Positions 16,840 to 27,951 of a stretch of DNA of 64,000 bases are shown here, one piece after another. This DNA is from Patescibacteria group bacterium (GTDB lineage Bacteria; Patescibacteriota; Patescibacteriia; UBA10025; JAHIVO01). The notes under the pieces were generated by a model. That model saw only the letters and a list, made by a program, of their open reading frames with translations. It made no database searches and was not told where the DNA came from. Where the stretch lies: the NCBI GenBank assembly GCA_049325535.1, contig JBMOKY010000001.1, positions 749,942 through 813,941 of the forward strand, written 5' to 3'. Positions within the stretch are counted from its first letter, which is position 1. Every line of letters starts with the position of its first letter. The position numbers and the translations under genes are program-made.

Positions 16840-17748
16840 ATGCTCATTGAATCAATACGATACAAGAAAACCAAGAAGGAGGTTCTGGTGAGTACACATT
16901 TGGAACATGCGGAAATCAGGCGTCGGTTGGCAATCGTACTGGACTGCCTCCCTGCCCTGATGAACAGTGTTGCGGCCGCTTTTTACCGTGACATGCAGGT
17001 CATTTTCAAAGGCGGCAATCCGGGGGATCCGGTGACAAAAACCGATTCAGAGGTCCAGCAGACGCTGCTCAATCGAATCATGCCTGAATGTCCGCACGAC
17101 GGCGTACTGGGCGAAGAAGACGGCGTCGACACCCGTGCCGACCAGCGCTACATCTGGCTGATCGACCCGATCGACGGCACAACCAATTTCACCCGGCGGA
17201 ACCCGTGTTTCGTTATCTCGGTCGCCTGTTTCGATTCGGTCGCCCAGGATTTCGTACTGGGGGTCATCGCCATGCCTATCACCGGGGAAATCTTCTACGC
17301 CATGCGCGGAGAGGGTACTCGACTGCGCCAGCTCGGCCACGCGCCCGAAAACCCGGCTGACATCCGCATATCGGTGGATCTCCAGCTGCCCGCTCTGGCG
17401 CTGGCAACTGCCTCAGTTGGTTTCCACAGTCGCTCGGACGCCGGCAGAAAGGAAGGTCTCCCCTTCGTATCCCGTTTCGGACTCCTGGCCGGCAAACTGC
17501 GGGTCGAGGGCAGCGTCGCTTTTGCCATGACTCACGTCGCCTGGGGCAAACTCGGCCTGGCATCGTACAATACGAACATCTGGGACATGGCGGCTGCGGT
17601 CATTCTAGTGGAGGAAGCCGGCGGTCTCGTCACCGATATCGCTGGGCAGCCCATCCGATCGCTTCCCGATCGGCGGACGCGTATCTTCGCCACCACGCCC
17701 GCGCTCCATGCGGAAGTGCTGACGATCGCCCGGTCAGTGTCCGGCTAG
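16840..17748 (+). CDS. Inositol monophosphatase family protein (SuhB/IMPase-like)
   Basis: Motifs EED…WLIDPIDGTTNF…WD are typical of the IMPase/FIG superfamily. AGGTGA SD before the ATG at 16840 (MLIESIRY). Confidence 0.8.
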   Translation: MLIESIRYKKTKKEVLVSTHLEHAEIRRRLAIVLDCLPALMNSVAAAFYRDMQVIFKGGNPGDPVTKTDSEVQQTLLNRIMPECPHDGVLGEEDGVDTRADQRYIWLIDPIDGTTNFTRRNPCFVISVACFDSVAQDFVLGVIAMPITGEIFYAMRGEGTRLRQLGHAPENPADIRISVDLQLPALALATASVGFHSRSDAGRKEGLPFVSRFGLLAGKLRVEGSVAFAMTHVAWGKLGLASYNTNIWDMAAAVILVEEAGGLVTDIAGQPIRSLPDRRTRIFATTPALHAEVLTIARSVSG

Positions 17749-17810
17749 ATATCCGCACACCCCAAACCACGACTCCCGAGCATCTCGTCGGGAGTCTTTT
17801 TTTTACACGA

Positions 17811-18512
17811 CTAGACGATCCCTTTTGCCAGCGAGCCGACGATAAGCCCGATGGCCATGGCCACGCCGCCAAGTATCATGATGCGTAATCCCGCCTTGAC
17901 CCAGTTCACCTTGGTCAATTTGGTCGTCGCCGCGCCTAATCCAAATAACCCGATGAGTGTGATTCCGATCGAAATCGGCAATGCCTGCGCTACCCCGAGC
18001 AACAAATACGCTACCAAGGGGACCGTGCCACCGATGATATACGCGCCAAACATGTAAAACCCATTGCGCAGTGGCGCGGCGCGCATCGTGCCTGCAATAT
18101 TCAGCTCCCGATATGCCATCTCCTGAAGCATGAGGTGGCGATCCCCCGCTGCCGTTTCGGTCATCTGTCGCGCGAGGTGTGGCGGCCAGCCGTCACGGAT
18201 GAACATACGCTCCAGCTCATGCTGCTCCTCATGCGGATAGTCTTTTATTTCTTCCCGTTCCTCATGTAAATAGCGGTGGTGCAGCTCTGACTGCGAACGG
18301 TTCGATAAATACGAACCGACACCCATAGAGATCGACTCCACGGCAATGATCACCAACCCCGCCAATACGATCGTGAAATGATCCTGGCTACCAATAGCGA
18401 TACCGGTCACGGCTCCCAGTGTAGAAACCATGCCGTCCTCCATGCCAAATACAATCTCACGGAGTGATGCGCCGATCGCCTGAACGGATTGATGATTATA
18501 TTTCGTCATCAA
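17811..18512 (-). CDS. VIT1/CCC1-family iron/manganese transporter
   Basis: N-terminal REIVFGMEDGMVSTLG signature and a C-terminal 3-TM block typical of the VIT family. Confidence 0.8.
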   Translation of the reverse strand: MMTKYNHQSVQAIGASLREIVFGMEDGMVSTLGAVTGIAIGSQDHFTIVLAGLVIIAVESISMGVGSYLSNRSQSELHHRYLHEEREEIKDYPHEEQHELERMFIRDGWPPHLARQMTETAAGDRHLMLQEMAYRELNIAGTMRAAPLRNGFYMFGAYIIGGTVPLVAYLLLGVAQALPISIGITLIGLFGLGAATTKLTKVNWVKAGLRIMILGGVAMAIGLIVGSLAKGIV

Positions 18513-18519
18513 CGGTACA

Positions 18520-19317
18520 TCAAACTGGTCGGAGGGTGCCCGCCCAGACCTGCCATGCCAACAATGACTTGGCGACCAAGCTCAAGATGATATACGCGCG
18601 CTCTCCATACAGGTAATCCTGCCACTTTCCTGTTTTTTTGTACTGCAGCACCATGTTCAGTGCAAACACATTGAAAAAGAGGAAAATGGAAAAATATATC
18701 CAGTAAACAAACGTCGGTGCCTTCATGTCCCCTGATCCGGCAAAAAACAGATAGAACGCCACAGCCACCCAGGGCACGGCACCGGCGATGCACCCAAACA
18801 AATACGAGGTCCAATCTGTTTTTTGAGTCGCCTGATTGTGGAGCTCCATCATCCAGCCAAACAGGATCATCATGGCATTCAGAAAAAATATCAAAAGTAA
18901 ACTGATACCATCATACATGCCGACGAGCATGGCGATGACGATAATCATCAGTGACGAGCTAAACGAATACTCAATCCACCGCGCTTTATTGATTCCCTTG
19001 AGCAGATGACGGTTATACCAGCTATTGATTGCAGGCACCATCGATATTGCAGCATGAGCGATTGCCGAGAGAAATAAAAATCCTGCAACGAGCGGCCCGA
19101 TCGGGATTTCAAATATCGTCTTCAGTACTGGTTCGAGCTTCATTGACACAGAATTAAACTCGACAAAGGCGGTCGTCACGGGCAATGTGAATGACGAGCT
19201 GAAAACCAGCATGACCACACCCTGTATTGCATGCAGCAGAGCCATGATGACATTGAAACGGCGCAATCGGCGCAATTTGTCATCGGGCGTTACGGAAACG
19301 GGCGCATTGTTCTCCAT
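18520..19317 (-). CDS. Heliorhodopsin
   Basis: 7-TM protein of 265 aa with strong collinear similarity to heliorhodopsin 48C12 as recalled. TM3 has RWIEYSFSSSLM (counterion Glu). TM4-5 have MILFGWMME…FGCIAGAVPW. TM6-7 have VYWIYFSIFLFFN…QYKKTGKWQDYLYGERAYIILSLVAKSLLAWQ (retinal Schiff-base Lys in SLVAKS). The conserved His residues are present in TM1 and TM2. Confidence 0.85.
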   Translation of the reverse strand: MENNAPVSVTPDDKLRRLRRFNVIMALLHAIQGVVMLVFSSSFTLPVTTAFVEFNSVSMKLEPVLKTIFEIPIGPLVAGFLFLSAIAHAAISMVPAINSWYNRHLLKGINKARWIEYSFSSSLMIIVIAMLVGMYDGISLLLIFFLNAMMILFGWMMELHNQATQKTDWTSYLFGCIAGAVPWVAVAFYLFFAGSGDMKAPTFVYWIYFSIFLFFNVFALNMVLQYKKTGKWQDYLYGERAYIILSLVAKSLLAWQVWAGTLRPV

Positions 19318-19343
19318 ATGTGTTTGTCAGTTATTAAATATTA

Positions 19344-20102
19344 TCATTCAACCAATAAAGCACTCCAACCGCGATCATGTGAGCGGGCCGTGGCCGGCAG
19401 GGTGCCAACAAAATCCCCGTAGCCAGAATGGTACTCAAGCGTCTCAATCGAAAACCCTTCGATGCTGGCCATGCGCGTATTTATCTGATCCTCAAAAAAT
19501 CTCTCTATATCATCCAAATACTGATCCGGCACAGCAATTCGCCCAACCTTCGCGTCATGGATGATGAGATCAATGGATTTGGGTGATGTGGCGGTGACGC
19601 TTGCCTTGACATACCCGGGGGCTTGGATGTACTCATTCACCATTCCGGAAACCTCCATGCCGCCCTCAATCATATTCACTTGCACGTCGCTGAAAACCGG
19701 ATTATCCCCCTCAAATCGTTTTAACCATGCGGTAATCTCCTCTGAGGTACCACGCATATCAACTGCGATTTCACCATCAAACATATTTGCTACTGAATCC
19801 GTCCGTGTACCGGAAATCTGCAGGGGCACTTGTGCGTACAACGTTTCGAGATGCTTCGGGTCATTGCTGACTCCCAGGTCTATTGGTTGGTCGGTTTTGA
19901 ATATGCTGCTCAACACGGGTATGGTATAAAGTCCGGTGGCGGAAATGCCCAGCGCAATTCCCAGCACAATAACAGCGAAGACAATCAAGGTAATCAGCCA
20001 TCCTCGCCGTTTCTTCGGTTTTGCAATCGACGATTTTGCCTCTGGCGTGGGCGCGATATCGGCGGGCATGTCGGTCTTTACTTGTTTTTGCGTTTGTTCC
20101 AT
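19344..20102 (-). CDS. Membrane-anchored hypothetical protein (single TM, extracytoplasmic domain)
   Basis: ORF directly upstream of the heliorhodopsin gene, co-oriented with it. Start set at the internal ATG (MEQTQKQV). Confidence 0.45.
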   Translation of the reverse strand: MEQTQKQVKTDMPADIAPTPEAKSSIAKPKKRRGWLITLIVFAVIVLGIALGISATGLYTIPVLSSIFKTDQPIDLGVSNDPKHLETLYAQVPLQISGTRTDSVANMFDGEIAVDMRGTSEEITAWLKRFEGDNPVFSDVQVNMIEGGMEVSGMVNEYIQAPGYVKASVTATSPKSIDLIIHDAKVGRIAVPDQYLDDIERFFEDQINTRMASIEGFSIETLEYHSGYGDFVGTLPATARSHDRGWSALLVE

Positions 20103-20281
20103 ATGACAGATAATCATTAACAATATGTGCTCAGTATAGCATATTTTTATTTTCTGGAGCTGTGCTGCATATATCCTTTCCACATAATAGTAATCATTAC
20201 TAGCGCCAACTTGCCCAAAAATACTCAGTAACGGTACACTATATTGAAGCGTACCTCATGCCATAGGAAGGAGGTGAGAGC

Positions 20282-20443
20282 ATGACGACGGTACGTGGTC
20301 GGCCACTCTGGCTGGTGGTCATCAGATGGGTCATGATTGCATGCGCAATCATCATTGTCTGGTTTTCACCAAGTCTGGCGGTGGCATGTGCGCTCATTGG
20401 TATCGGGCTGCCGATGATACTGTCACCGAGTCGGAGACGGTGA
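20282..20443 (+). CDS. Small membrane protein (53 aa, two predicted TM helices)
   Basis: Perfect GGAAGGAGGTGA SD 5 nt upstream of ATG. Plausible -35/-10 upstream and a plus-strand terminator downstream (20470-20505). Not in the ORF track. Confidence 0.5.
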   Translation: MTTVRGRPLWLVVIRWVMIACAIIIVWFSPSLAVACALIGIGLPMILSPSRRR

Positions 20444-20469
20444 TATGGTTGGGAATTCGTGTAACGTGA

Positions 20470-20505
20470 CCCTGTGGAATGATAGCCACGGGGTTTCTTT
20501 TATTT
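20470..20505 (+). terminator. Plus-strand terminator (CCCTGTGG…CCACGGGG + TTTCTTTTATTT)
   Basis: Seen in sequence. Confidence 0.55.
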
Positions 20506-20537
20506 AAAAAAATCCTGGCAAGCAAGCGCTTGCCAGG
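20506..20537 (-). terminator. Minus-strand terminator (CCTGGCAAGC-aagc-GCTTGCCAGG + U7)
   Basis: Perfect 10 bp stem. Confidence 0.65.
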
Positions 20538-20563
20538 AAAAAAAACGGAAAACAGCTACGTGG

Positions 20564-20803
20564 CTAGATCGGATGACACATGACGACCGGTGCAGTACTG
20601 CGATCTTTGAAAACGGCGACCATGCCACCGTTCACGCTCTGCAGCTGGCGAAGATCCGCCACCCCTGCTGAAGTGACTGCCGCTGATAAATCAGCGTTAA
20701 CGCCAGATACCGTGGCGATAGTTCGGTTGACGCCGTCTCGTCGCTGACAGCCCGGCAACACCAATTCAATGAGGTACTTAGACCCCGTGGAAAACACGAT
20801 CAT
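20564..20803 (-). CDS. Hypothetical protein (79 aa)
   Basis: GGAGG SD 7 nt before the internal ATG (MIVFSTGS). Terminator lies downstream. Confidence 0.45.
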   Translation of the reverse strand: MIVFSTGSKYLIELVLPGCQRRDGVNRTIATVSGVNADLSAAVTSAGVADLRQLQSVNGGMVAVFKDRSTAPVVMCHPI

Positions 20804-20957
20804 GCGAAACCTCCAAGGTATGATTGTGCAATCGTTAAGGAGCAAAAATTACTCATCATTCTAACTGATCAAGCCCGCCATGTCAATCCCCTCTAGGGTT
20901 ATCGCCAAATAAATAAGCTCCCTGAAGTCCGGTCGGACTTCAGGGAACAAGGGTCGG

Positions 20958-21467
20958 CTATTCATTCTGACCGACCTGAAATGCGCCTGAGGCATTGGGG
21001 AATCGTTTGGTGAAGTGGTACTTCACCGGCAGAATTCCGACAAAGCCGCCAAGTACAATCAGCGTCGTCGCAACCATTTGCGGTGGCATTTGGAAATGGT
21101 GTCCATCCCATGCCATAACCACAAAAAATTCGATTGCCGAGAACAGCCAGAGGGCTACGAGAATACTTCCGCGGCGACTGAGCATTTCCAGTCGTTCCCA
21201 CCGGACCTTTTCCTTGATGGCCAGATACATGACCAGGACGGCCCAGCAGAATTCAGGCATTTCATCCGGAACGGCGTGCAAGCCGTTTGAATAAAAATGC
21301 CAATGGAAAAGCCCAAGCAGCGAAATTGTTGGCGAGTCTACCCACCAGCCCCGGTACCGATACAGGGTATGTACAAACCGGGACCATCTCGAGCGTTTGG
21401 CATGTTGTTGCTGTGCCACCGTACTCACCTCCTTTATACAGCCGTGTGTGCTCTTGGAAACGAGCAT
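20958..21467 (-). CDS. Hypothetical membrane protein (about 4 TM)
   Basis: ORF with hydrophobic segments. No recognisable family. Confidence 0.4.
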   Translation of the reverse strand: MLVSKSTHGCIKEVSTVAQQQHAKRSRWSRFVHTLYRYRGWWVDSPTISLLGLFHWHFYSNGLHAVPDEMPEFCWAVLVMYLAIKEKVRWERLEMLSRRGSILVALWLFSAIEFFVVMAWDGHHFQMPPQMVATTLIVLGGFVGILPVKYHFTKRFPNASGAFQVGQNE

Positions 21468-21580
21468 TTTTTAGGATGCCAAAGTAGGTTACCTTCTCAC
21501 CGCAAGTAAAATTTGTCAAGCCACAAATCAGCCCGGCTACCGCCGTGCCGCGAGCACACCCGGGAGGATGCTCGGAGTAT

Positions 21581-22612
21581 CTAACTGGACGATTGTATAT
21601 ACTGATCAAAAAAATCACCAGTCCGCTCCAGCGCCAAATCCGCTGCTGCCGCGAAATCATGCCCCTGGTCCAGATATTTATCAAAAATAACTTTGACGTT
21701 ATTAGCCGCTTCCAATTCAGTTACCAGCTGTTCGGAAAATTCTATCGGCACGTAGTCATCGGCAGTTCCATGATGGATGAGGACCGGTGCGCGCATCTGG
21801 CTAAGGAAATGCAACGGGGAAGCGTTTTCCCAAAAGATGGGATTGGAGTCCTTCGTGCCGTACCGCGCAATAATCGCTTCCGCCGCCGGTATGTCACTCA
21901 TCCAGCGCTGGTAGTCCACCCAGAGATCCGGGCTGATCGGCGCATATAATACAAAGGCATCAACCAGTGTGGGCTGGGAAACAGCTACCGCCAGGGCGAT
22001 GCCGCCACCCATAGCATAACCAATCATGCCCACCCGATCAGTGTCGATAAATGCCAGATTAGCCTGCCGCACCGCCTGGATGGCATTGATTACGTCGATG
22101 ACATACCCGTACCGCAGATTGAGATCAACATCCGTATCAGTATCAGAACCACCCAAGTTTCGATAATCCGGTACCAGCGATACGTACCCACGCTTTGCCA
22201 AATACACTTGCTCTTTTTTGAATAACGATCCAGTTTGGTATGACGAAGAGTCAACCAGACCATGATTGATGACTACGACCGGAAAAGGACCTTCACCCGT
22301 AGGCGCTACCAGCGTACCAGTAATGGTCAAATCATCACTCTGATAGGTAATAAAATAGCGCACATGGCCTTCACCCGTATCCAGTACCGGCCCCAATACT
22401 AAATCACCTCCCGTGTAGGAGCGCTGCATCAGCGCCGGAATGGAAATTTCGTCTGGCAAAACGCTCTGCGCTGCCAGTTTATCCGGGTTTACTAATTGAT
22501 TGGTGTCAGCGGGCGGGACATAGGTATTCTGGTAGTTGATAGCTGCCCAGCCCGCAGCAACTAAGGCGATGACCGCCACAACTGGTAAAAAATGAGACCA
22601 GTGGAGTTTCAT
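21581..22612 (-). CDS. Secreted alpha/beta-hydrolase fold protein (dienelactone hydrolase / S9-like) with atypical GYAMGG elbow
   Basis: Signal peptide/TM. The hydrolase fold is supported by HG…GYAMGGG…D…HG(T)ADD order. The nucleophile position of GxSxG/GxCxG is Ala. Confidence 0.6.
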   Translation of the reverse strand: MKLHWSHFLPVVAVIALVAAGWAAINYQNTYVPPADTNQLVNPDKLAAQSVLPDEISIPALMQRSYTGGDLVLGPVLDTGEGHVRYFITYQSDDLTITGTLVAPTGEGPFPVVVINHGLVDSSSYQTGSLFKKEQVYLAKRGYVSLVPDYRNLGGSDTDTDVDLNLRYGYVIDVINAIQAVRQANLAFIDTDRVGMIGYAMGGGIALAVAVSQPTLVDAFVLYAPISPDLWVDYQRWMSDIPAAEAIIARYGTKDSNPIFWENASPLHFLSQMRAPVLIHHGTADDYVPIEFSEQLVTELEAANNVKVIFDKYLDQGHDFAAAADLALERTGDFFDQYIQSSS

Positions 22613-22621
22613 GAGGATGAA

Positions 22622-22894
22622 TTACTGCGCCGCCGCTTGAAGTCGCTCAAATACCCCTTCGATCTGCTGTTTTTTTTCCGGTGACGCCGTGACAAACGCA
22701 TCAGTTGCATTCGCATCCATCACCATAGTAATCAGCTCCTGTTCATCCCCGTTCAATCCAGCGGCGGCGACTATGTCCTCATACCGCTCGCGGTGCGCCT
22801 GCAGCCACGTGGCCATATGTTGAGCTCGTTCGCGCGCGGCCAGCGCTTCATCGGTTTCACGATACTGTTGTCCTTCTCCTCTTTCCATATGCAT
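22622..22894 (-). CDS. Hypothetical protein (90 aa), upstream of and co-oriented with the hydrolase
   Basis: ORF only. Confidence 0.4.
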   Translation of the reverse strand: MHMERGEGQQYRETDEALAARERAQHMATWLQAHRERYEDIVAAAGLNGDEQELITMVMDANATDAFVTASPEKKQQIEGVFERLQAAAQ

Positions 22895-22984
22895 TTGTAT
22901 TAAATGATTAATCTAGTATAATCATACCATTTCAAAACTAACTACTCCAGCATCTGTCATACTTGAGGATTTAATGCCACCATG

Positions 22985-23422
22985 CTACTCGTGCTGCGAA
23001 TTTGAATACTCAAAGTCAACTTGATCGTGCTCGTCTATGCGTGCCAACACGAAATGATAGGTTAGGTCGGGATACTGCTCGCGCAATACATCCGCGGCCC
23101 GATGCATGTCTGCCAAATGTCGTTCACGCTCTTCGTTCGCCGAGGTAAATGCCGCTCGTCCACCGTACGCCCCACAATCAGTATGATGCATGAGAAACAC
23201 ATCCTGGATACCGTGTAAATCATGGGCGGTTTTAATCTGTTTGAGGATCACATCGGTGATTTCCGAATCACCATCAGCGATCCCCTTGGCCGCACCAGCT
23301 AAACTGACTTCGTCATATTGATCGCGGAGATCAAGTGAACCCAAAAAATCATGGATTGATTCGGTCAGACGATAATCCATGCAATGTATGACTAATGCCC
23401 GACACGCATGTGGTTTACTCAT
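22985..23422 (-). CDS. Short beta-class carbonic anhydrase-like protein
   Basis: Cys-x-Asp-x-Arg (HCMDYR) and His-x-x-Cys-Gly (HHTDCGA) zinc-ligand motifs. At 145 aa it is shorter than canonical beta-CAs. Confidence 0.45.
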   Translation of the reverse strand: MSKPHACRALVIHCMDYRLTESIHDFLGSLDLRDQYDEVSLAGAAKGIADGDSEITDVILKQIKTAHDLHGIQDVFLMHHTDCGAYGGRAAFTSANEERERHLADMHRAADVLREQYPDLTYHFVLARIDEHDQVDFEYSNSQHE

Positions 23423-23862
23423 GGTTGTGGTCGAGTTGCGTCGACGCGTCGCGTGGTACGACGTTTGGCAACCCGTAATCGCGCTAATTCTTTCTCAATC
23501 TTAGCTGACAGTGCGGCGAACTCTTCTGAATCCACCCGTTTATCCTGCATTAATTGCGCTGCCCGAGCACGGGCTTCCTCGGCACGTTGTTCGTCAATCT
23601 GCTCAGCGCGCTCCGCTGAATCGGCCAAGGCAACCACTTTATCTGGATGCACCTGCAGTAATCCACTTGAAACCGCCAGATACGTCACCTGATCATCCAT
23701 GCGAATACGCACCTCACCAGCCTGCAACAATGAAACCAACGGCACGTGGTGCGGTAATACGCCAATCTCCCCATCCGGCGTGGGAATCACCACCTCATCC
23801 ACTGCTTCAGAAAATACCGTGCCATCCGGGGTAATGATTTCAAATTGTAATTTATCGGACAT
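23419..23862 (-). CDS. atpC: F1 ATP synthase epsilon subunit
   Basis: N-terminal beta-sandwich similarity (…IITPDG…GVLP.H.P…) and position after atpD. Confidence 0.85.
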   Translation of the reverse strand: MSDKLQFEIITPDGTVFSEAVDEVVIPTPDGEIGVLPHHVPLVSLLQAGEVRIRMDDQVTYLAVSSGLLQVHPDKVVALADSAERAEQIDEQRAEEARARAAQLMQDKRVDSEEFAALSAKIEKELARLRVAKRRTTRRVDATRPQP

Positions 23863-23884
23863 ATGGGAGAGTCTTCATCATTGG

Positions 23885-25285
<1,401 letters not shown>

Positions 25286-25318
25286 TTACGGTAACAAAAT
25301 TAATAATATCGAAATAAG

Positions 25319-26206
25319 TTAAGTGATTGCCGCGCGGCTAGCACTGATTTCGGCAAGTTCACTGGTGATACTTTGTTGGCGGGCTTGGTTAAAGGTAAGC
25401 GTCAAATCTTTAATCATATCAGTGGCCGCATCAGACGCATTGCGCATCGAGAACATACGTGCGGAATGCTCAGACGCATTTGACTCGAGTAATGCTTGGT
25501 ACACTTGCAGTTCGGTCAATCGATAGAGCATCGCGTTCAACACTGCAGCAGGTGACGGTTCAAACATGTATTCAAATTCTTGTTTCGTTTCTATCTCGGC
25601 TGCGCCCTGTGTCTGCCCTAATTCGGTATCCTCTTTGACAATCGGTAATAACTGACTGATACGCGGGGTTTGCTTAATCGCCGATTTATAATCAGTATAC
25701 GCAATGGCGATCTTGTCATATTTCCCATCCAGATAATCAGTGATAACCAAGCGCGCCATAGCTTGTACATCCCGGACACTCTCTGCCACATCTAATTTTT
25801 CGAAATCAGCCACGATAGTGTGCCCCTGCCGTTGGATGGTGCTTCCCTTTTTCCCCATCAGAATCACATCGACGGGCACACCTTGGGCGGATGCATAGTT
25901 ACCAGCAGTTTCCACTAATTCCCGATTAAATCCCCCGCACAATCCCCGATTTGAAGCAATCACAATCAAACCTATTCGCTGAATTTTTTCCCGCGTCTGC
26001 AGGAGCTGGTGTTGCTCTGGGTCTGTCTTGGCTGCTAAATCCTGCACGATATTCCAGGCAGTACGCGCATACTGACGTGTCGCTAAAACTGCTTGCACCG
26101 CACGGCGCATTTTTGCAGCCGAAACAAGCTCCATCGCCTTGGTAATTTTTTTGGTGTTGGTGACGGAACGGATGCGTCGTTGAATTTCTTTTGTGCCTGA
26201 AGGCAT
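25319..26206 (-). CDS. atpG: F1 ATP synthase gamma subunit
   Basis: Full-length gamma similarity and operon position. Confidence 0.9.
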   Translation of the reverse strand: MPSGTKEIQRRIRSVTNTKKITKAMELVSAAKMRRAVQAVLATRQYARTAWNIVQDLAAKTDPEQHQLLQTREKIQRIGLIVIASNRGLCGGFNRELVETAGNYASAQGVPVDVILMGKKGSTIQRQGHTIVADFEKLDVAESVRDVQAMARLVITDYLDGKYDKIAIAYTDYKSAIKQTPRISQLLPIVKEDTELGQTQGAAEIETKQEFEYMFEPSPAAVLNAMLYRLTELQVYQALLESNASEHSARMFSMRNASDAATDMIKDLTLTFNQARQQSITSELAEISASRAAIT

Positions 26207-26223
26207 GGTAACGTTGTAACTAA

Positions 26224-27744
26224 TTATGCAGCTGGCGTAACAAACGCGGTCGTCTTTTTAAAGTCTTCAATCGCGCCTACCAACTGTTTTTCTATATCCT
26301 CTTTCATTTCTTTTTCCGTCACAATCCGTTTCATGAGATCAGCATGCGAGGCATTGAGGTACTGATGGAATGCTTCTTCAAATTCACGAATTTTTTCTGG
26401 CGCCACGTCATCCAGATGGCCATTGACGGCAGTATAAATAATAGCGACTTGGTGCTCGACCGGCATGGGTTGATACTGATTCTGTTTCAAAATCTCGGTT
26501 AATCGCTTGCCCCGTTCGAGTTGCTTGCGGGTTGCTTCATCGAGATCAGAGCCAAATTGGGCAAAAGCAGCCAGTTCTCGGTATTGGGCGAGGTCCAAAC
26601 GTAATTTTCCAGCGACTTTCTTCATGGCTTTGATCTGTGCTGCTGAACCGACACGCGAAACTGACAAACCGACGTTCAAGGCTGGACGGATACCCTGATA
26701 GAACAAATCTGGTTCAAGGTAAATCTGACCGTCGGTGATGGAAATGACATTGGTAGGAATGTACGCCGAAATATCACCCGCTTGTGTTTCAATAATTGGT
26801 AATGCGGTTAAGCTGCCACCGCCATATTTTTCATTGAGACGAGCGGCTCGTTCGAGTAGTCGTGAGTGGAGATAAAAGACATCGCCGGGATAAGCTTCAC
26901 GACCTGGTGGCCGTCGGAGTAACAACGAAATTTCGCGATACGCCCAAGCGTGTTTAGATAAATCATCATAAATGATCAAAGCGTCTTTGCCTTGGTCCAT
27001 GAAGTATTCACCCATAGCGCAGCCAGCATACGGCGCGATATAGGCCAATGACGCTGGATCAGATGCGCCAGCCACAACGACGATGGTATGATCCATGGCG
27101 CCGGCTTGCTCAAGTTCAGCCACAATCTTCGCAATCTTGGATTCTTTCTGGCCAATCGCCACATAGATACAAATAACGCCAGTACCCTTCTGATTGACAA
27201 TGGTATCAATACCGATGGCTGTTTTACCTACCTGGCGGTCGCCAATGATCAATTCACGCTGGCCGCGGCCAATCGGAATCATTGAATCTATTGCTTTCAC
27301 GCCTGTTTGCAGTGGAGTATCAACTGATTTTCGAGTAATAACACGTGGCGCAATCTTTTCGACCGGATAATACATATCGGTCTTGATATCACCTTTGCCA
27401 TCAATCGCCTGACCTAACGGGTTCACCACCCGGCCAACCATTGCATTGCCAACTGGTACTTCCAGAATACGACCAGTGCTCTTGGCTGTATCACCTTCTT
27501 TGATACCTTCCTGATCGCCCAAGATTATGGCGCCGACAGTATCAGTTTCGAGGTTCAATGCCACGCCGTATTTATTGCCGGGCAATTCGATCATTTCTGA
27601 TGCTTGTACATCGGACAAGCCGGACAAACGGACAATGCCATCCCCAATCTCCTCGACCGTACCCACTTTTTCGGTTTTGGTATCAGCCCGAAAATCAGCG
27701 ATCCGCTTTTTCAATTCTTCGATAATGTAATCGGTATTTGACAT
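26224..27744 (-). CDS. atpA: F1 ATP synthase alpha subunit
   Basis: P-loop GDRQVGKT and full-length alpha similarity. Confidence 0.95.
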   Translation of the reverse strand: MSNTDYIIEELKKRIADFRADTKTEKVGTVEEIGDGIVRLSGLSDVQASEMIELPGNKYGVALNLETDTVGAIILGDQEGIKEGDTAKSTGRILEVPVGNAMVGRVVNPLGQAIDGKGDIKTDMYYPVEKIAPRVITRKSVDTPLQTGVKAIDSMIPIGRGQRELIIGDRQVGKTAIGIDTIVNQKGTGVICIYVAIGQKESKIAKIVAELEQAGAMDHTIVVVAGASDPASLAYIAPYAGCAMGEYFMDQGKDALIIYDDLSKHAWAYREISLLLRRPPGREAYPGDVFYLHSRLLERAARLNEKYGGGSLTALPIIETQAGDISAYIPTNVISITDGQIYLEPDLFYQGIRPALNVGLSVSRVGSAAQIKAMKKVAGKLRLDLAQYRELAAFAQFGSDLDEATRKQLERGKRLTEILKQNQYQPMPVEHQVAIIYTAVNGHLDDVAPEKIREFEEAFHQYLNASHADLMKRIVTEKEMKEDIEKQLVGAIEDFKKTTAFVTPAA

Positions 27745-27822
27745 ATTTTTTAGCTATGCTAGGGTATTAGGTAAAATATTGATTAAAATAGTTCTTCAAC
27801 GAATATATCAGAGGAGTAAATC

Positions 27823-27951
27823 ATGTCTGACTCATGCCATTGTCCGCTCTGCAAAACTGTATGCACCGGGGTTGGTTGGCTCGAATGCGTCAACCTCTTG
27901 TGCCGGCACTGGTTCGTCTATCTGCCCAAACCGGGCACTCTCAAATCATAG
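27823..27951 (+). CDS. Speculative small Cys-rich ORF (42 aa, MSDSCHCPLCKTVCTGVGWLECVNLLCRHWFVYLPKPGTLKS) antisense within the atpH-atpA intergenic gap
   Basis: GAGGAG SD 5 nt upstream of ATG. AT-rich promoter-like sequence upstream. Six Cys. No homology support. Confidence 0.25.
   Translation: MSDSCHCPLCKTVCTGVGWLECVNLLCRHWFVYLPKPGTLKS

Noticed and set aside
17047-17872. GC-rich overlapping ORFs (17047..17340, 17088..17360, 17279..17563, 17295..17528, 17630..17872)
   Set aside because: All lie within or antisense to the IMPase-family gene or its 3-prime end. Arg/Pro-rich shadow frames.
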